Source of the DNA: Leptospiraceae bacterium | GTDB taxonomy: Bacteria > Spirochaetota > Leptospiria > Leptospirales > Leptonemataceae | Assembly (NCBI GenBank): GCA_040217195.1 | Contig: JAVJNR010000004.1 | Location: forward strand, 864,001 to 928,000 | DNA: 64,000 nt | Direction of reading: 5' to 3' | In this document: one piece after another, positions 60,922 to 64,000 of the stretch | Layout of the letters: each line of letters begins with the position of its first letter | Numbering within the stretch: the first letter of the stretch is position 1 | Translations under genes and position numbers: made by a program | The notes under the pieces: model-generated | What the model was told of the DNA's origin: nothing | The model's input: only the letters and a program-made list of their open reading frames with translations | Database searches by the model: none

Positions 60922-62094
60922 ATGAACATCCTTTATCGATTACTGGCAGCATTGGCCGGTGGGGCCTGTGGCTATTTCTTGTCCACAACCGCCGGAATGG
61001 AGCTATCTGCTGCAGCTCTGGCTGGTGGGGTGGTATTTGCCATTTCACTGGCATTCTTCTTCGTAGACCGTCTATTCAAGGGAATAAGCGGTGAATTGTT
61101 TTTCTGTATTAGCGCCGGTATTTTTTCCGGCCTTCTGATATCCGGCCTGGCCGGATGGCTGCTTACGTCTCTGGGCATTGAATCCTCATTGCTACAGTCA
61201 ATCGGTCCATACCTGTATGTGCTGCCAGCAACCATTCTTGGCTACGGCGGCTATATATTCGCACAGAGACCTGGGCTCCGCATATTTGGCGGGGGTGGTT
61301 TCCGTAAGGATGAGCAGGGAGGAGCTTCCACAGAAAAAATCCTGGATACTTCAGTTATTATTGATGGGCGGATCCTTGATATTGCCCAGACAAACTTCAT
61401 TGAAGGTCCTTTTATTATACCGAACTTTGTGCTGCGAGAAATCCAGCTCATTAGCGACTCACCGGATCCAATTAAGAGGAATCGAGGACGTCGTGGCCTG
61501 GAAATGCTCAATAAGTTGCAGCAGCTGGGAACAGTTCGGGTAAAAATTAGTTACATCGATTACACCGATACTCGGGAAGTGGATGCCAAGCTGGTAAAGC
61601 TCTCCCTCGAAACGGGCGGAAAGCTAATTACCAATGACTTTAACCTCAACAAAGTAGCCGAGCTACAGGGCGTTGAAGTCCTGAACCTGAATAATCTGAC
61701 CAACGCATTGAAGCCAATTGTTCTTCCAGGGGAAGATATTGTAATTGATGTGATAAAAGAAGGAAAGGATGAAAACCAGGGCATTGGTTATCTGGAAGAT
61801 GGCACCATGGTAGTGGTTGAAAATGGCCGCAACCTCCTGGGGAAAACGGTTCAGGTAAACGTTACTTCCATTATCCAGACTGCTGCCGGAAAGATGATAT
61901 TCACCAGAGCCAACGGAAGCGGCGAGCCCACTCAGGGTGGGGATGACCGTGGCGGAAAGCAAGGTGGAGACCGCAACGACAAGAACGATCGAAATGACCG
62001 GGGCGGCAATGACAGAAACGATCGGGGCGGCGGCCGACGAGGTGGCCGTGACCGAGAAGCTGCCGGAGGCGGAGGACGCCGAAGAGGCCGTTAG
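60922..62094 (+). CDS. PIN/TRAM domain membrane protein (YacL-like)
   Basis: 4 [50 protein letters not shown]. Confidence 0.93.
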   Translation: MNILYRLLAALAGGACGYFLSTTAGMELSAAALAGGVVFAISLAFFFVDRLFKGISGELFFCISAGIFSGLLISGLAGWLLTSLGIESSLLQSIGPYLYVLPATILGYGGYIFAQRPGLRIFGGGGFRKDEQGGASTEKILDTSVIIDGRILDIAQTNFIEGPFIIPNFVLREIQLISDSPDPIKRNRGRRGLEMLNKLQQLGTVRVKISYIDYTDTREVDAKLVKLSLETGGKLITNDFNLNKVAELQGVEVLNLNNLTNALKPIVLPGEDIVIDVIKEGKDENQGIGYLEDGTMVVVENGRNLLGKTVQVNVTSIIQTAAGKMIFTRANGSGEPTQGGDDRGGKQGGDRNDKNDRNDRGGNDRNDRGGGRRGGRDREAAGGGGRRRGR

Positions 62095-62131
62095 TTAAAA
62101 TCCAATAAAAACTAGCTGGATTTCGTTCTAG

Positions 62132-62166
62132 AAAGCCTGAGGCGGATTTCGCTTCAGGCTTTTTTC
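62132..62166 (+). terminator. Intrinsic terminator of carD-PIN/TRAM operon
   Basis: AAAGCCTGAGGCG-GATTT-CGCTTCAGGCTTTTTT. Confidence 0.85.
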
Positions 62167-62261
62167 TTCCTGAGCCTACCCGGTTGTACCGCAGAACAAC
62201 CCTCCTCTCTGATCGCTAGAACAACTTTGTCCCATGCCGGATGGTCTGATCCTCCTAAAGA

Positions 62262-62312
62262 CTGTTACACAACGGACACTCACTCGACATTCTTGCGACA
62301 CACATTTGTAAC
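62262..62312 (+). promoter_or_regulatory. Pho-box-like array (5 units, 11-bp period)
   Basis: CTGTTAC, CGGACAC, TCGACAT, GCGACAC, TTGTAAC at 62262, 62273, 62284, 62295, 62306. Confidence 0.5.
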
Positions 62313-62413
62313 ATAAAAATAAGCATATCTACAATATTAGCATAGACATATTGCCAATGGAATACGAAATGATTACGCTCGTTTTTCATATTGGAGACAT
62401 TTTGGAGAAACTT

Positions 62414-64000
62414 ATGAAGTCGTTAGGATTGCTACCCATCTCTGCGCTTACCGTGGCCTGCATTGGCAGCCTGTTGTTTAGTACGGAAGCTCGAGCAGAA
62501 GACGGAAAACTAAAAATGCGAATGGGGGCTGAAATTTGGCCCGGTTTTGAGATGCTGGATCGTCAACCTACGGGGCCTGACTCAGCTGGATCAGATAGTG
62601 AAAAGACAGGTTTTGGACTGGGTCGAGCCAGACTGGACTTTCGCGGCCGACATTATAACGGAAATGAAAAAGGAGTGGGCTTTCGCTTCACCGTAGAACA
62701 AGAACATAATCCACCGGATTCCTGCTCAGGATACAACTGTTCCAGCGACAATGCATATTATATGAAAGTCAAGTATGCTTTCGTAGATCTGCCTGTAACT
62801 GACTGGATGTCCTTTCGATTTGGGCAGCAGCATACTCCCGTTGTGGATGGTCAGGCAGGGGTTTCGCTACAGAAGTTATGGGGCTATCGTTACGTTGCCA
62901 AAGCTCCCTGGGATGATTTTGGCGTATCCCCTTCGACTGAAAGAGGCCTCAGTGCTTTGATTTCTTTTGATTATTTTTCCATGCACCTTCTACTTTCCAA
63001 CGGTGAAGGTAGCGATGCAAACAATGCTCAGGCACGACTGAAAAGCATGACCACGCCTTCAAACGTCCTGCAATCCATGAGTAATGGAGTCACTTCCAAC
63101 TATGGATTGGATGTAACCGGTATGCTTAGCTTCAGCCCCCTGGGAAAAAAAGGAACCCATAGAATCCATATCAATACTCCGTTCAGAGTGCAAAACGTTG
63201 TGGGTCTATCCGGTCAGGATTCCAGTCTGCCGGCCATTGATGCCTGTACTGATACAGTCACTATGGTAAATTCCGGCCCCACTCCGACAGCTACCTGTGC
63301 AAACATCGTAACAACACTGCGACCGGCCATCTACAAAGGAAATGCAAGGGCTGCTCGGGACTACTATACTGGAGTGGAAGTGGATTATCAAATCGAAACT
63401 CCGGAATTCGAATCTACTCTTGGTGCCGGTTTCATCCAGAAAGTAGATAGACGAAGCACGGCCTATCGCATTCGTCCGGACGTGACTTTGAATGGATCAT
63501 TTACGGACCTGGCAAACAACTACATTACTCAAGCCGATCAAAGAGGAGATATGGTCTATATCTTCTGGCATGGACGGTATCGATTCCTGGGCGCATTTGT
63601 ACGATTTGCTACAGGAAATGGCAACGGAGGAACTTCAAATAACCTCTCAACTTACGATAACCGGGATTACTGGAGACAGATCCTGGCTCTTGATGCAGTC
63701 GATAATACCATTGGTAACCTGACTTACTCCGAAGCCCTGGCGGTTGATTTTGGTCGAGCCACATTTCGAGAATGGATTGCAGGTCTGACCTGGCACGTGA
63801 ATGACAATTTTCAGATCAGCGTTGGCTGGTCGCAGGTAACGGCCACCGATTCAAGAGGAGGACCGGCAAAAAGTTCGGCACTGGATGCATTTACTCTACC
63901 GGGTGGCGATACTCTTTCGGAGACACTTGCAGACTCTTCCACGTTTTCCCAGATACCCGCCTTCTATCAAAACCTGGGATATAATAGTTCCAGCGGATTT
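62414..64000 (+). CDS. Outer-membrane porin-like protein (OprO/OprP-like features), partial
   Basis: Not in ORF track; manual translation open from ATG 62414 (GGAGA upstream) to window end; signal peptide ending EARA; GF.LGRARLDF.G, KYAFVD, RFGQ, ERG, SNGEG. Confidence 0.75.
   Translation, partial: MKSLGLLPISALTVACIGSLLFSTEARAEDGKLKMRMGAEIWPGFEMLDRQPTGPDSAGSDSEKTGFGLGRARLDFRGRHYNGNEKGVGFRFTVEQEHNPPDSCSGYNCSSDNAYYMKVKYAFVDLPVTDWMSFRFGQQHTPVVDGQAGVSLQKLWGYRYVAKAPWDDFGVSPSTERGLSALISFDYFSMHLLLSNGEGSDANNAQARLKSMTTPSNVLQSMSNGVTSNYGLDVTGMLSFSPLGKKGTHRIHINTPFRVQNVVGLSGQDSSLPAIDACTDTVTMVNSGPTPTATCANIVTTLRPAIYKGNARAARDYYTGVEVDYQIETPEFESTLGAGFIQKVDRRSTAYRIRPDVTLNGSFTDLANNYITQADQRGDMVYIFWHGRYRFLGAFVRFATGNGNGGTSNNLSTYDNRDYWRQILALDAVDNTIGNLTYSEALAVDFGRATFREWIAGLTWHVNDNFQISVGWSQVTATDSRGGPAKSSALDAFTLPGGDTLSETLADSSTFSQIPAFYQNLGYNSSSGF

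Noticed and set aside
63206..63722. Short ORFs 63206-63391 and 63492-63722
   Set aside because: Both lie within the long open porin frame starting at 62414

Overview
Gene-dense chromosomal window from a spirochaete, most likely family Leptospiraceae. The assignment rests on the flaA2-flaA1 endoflagellar sheath pair, repeated 7TM-DISM sensors, spirochaete-type lipoprotein signals and a carD-PIN/TRAM operon. I see about 55 protein-coding genes: housekeeping and metabolic genes (thiolase, enoyl-CoA enzyme, hldD, bioF, rmuC, pnuC, mscL, HDAC, Na/Pi cotransporter) and a large signalling load (CZB-GGDEF, SBP-PAS-GGDEF-EAL, PilZ, EAL, REC-adenylate cyclase, hybrid kinases, SpoIIE phosphatase, LytS/LytTR). 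I found no rRNA, tRNA, CRISPR array, transposase or prophage. Two partial genes at the edges are missing from the ORF track: a GT2 glycosyltransferase (1-416, -) and a porin-like protein (62414-64000, +) preceded by five pho-box-like units at 11-bp spacing. Best leads: (1) a PrsW-like intramembrane protease fused to a cNMP-binding domain, divergent from an HDOD/REC-adenylate cyclase pair; (2) a secreted 8-Cys lipoprotein with a PLA2-like CxxHDxC motif lying between a LytTR regulator and a LytS kinase; (3) two overlapping, structurally different CsgG/HfaB-like lipoproteins upstream of a secreted hydrolase; (4) a probable frameshift splitting a PAS-GAF-PAS hybrid kinase; (5) recurrent promoters positioned for leaderless mRNAs. 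All family calls come from motif recognition by eye, not database searches.
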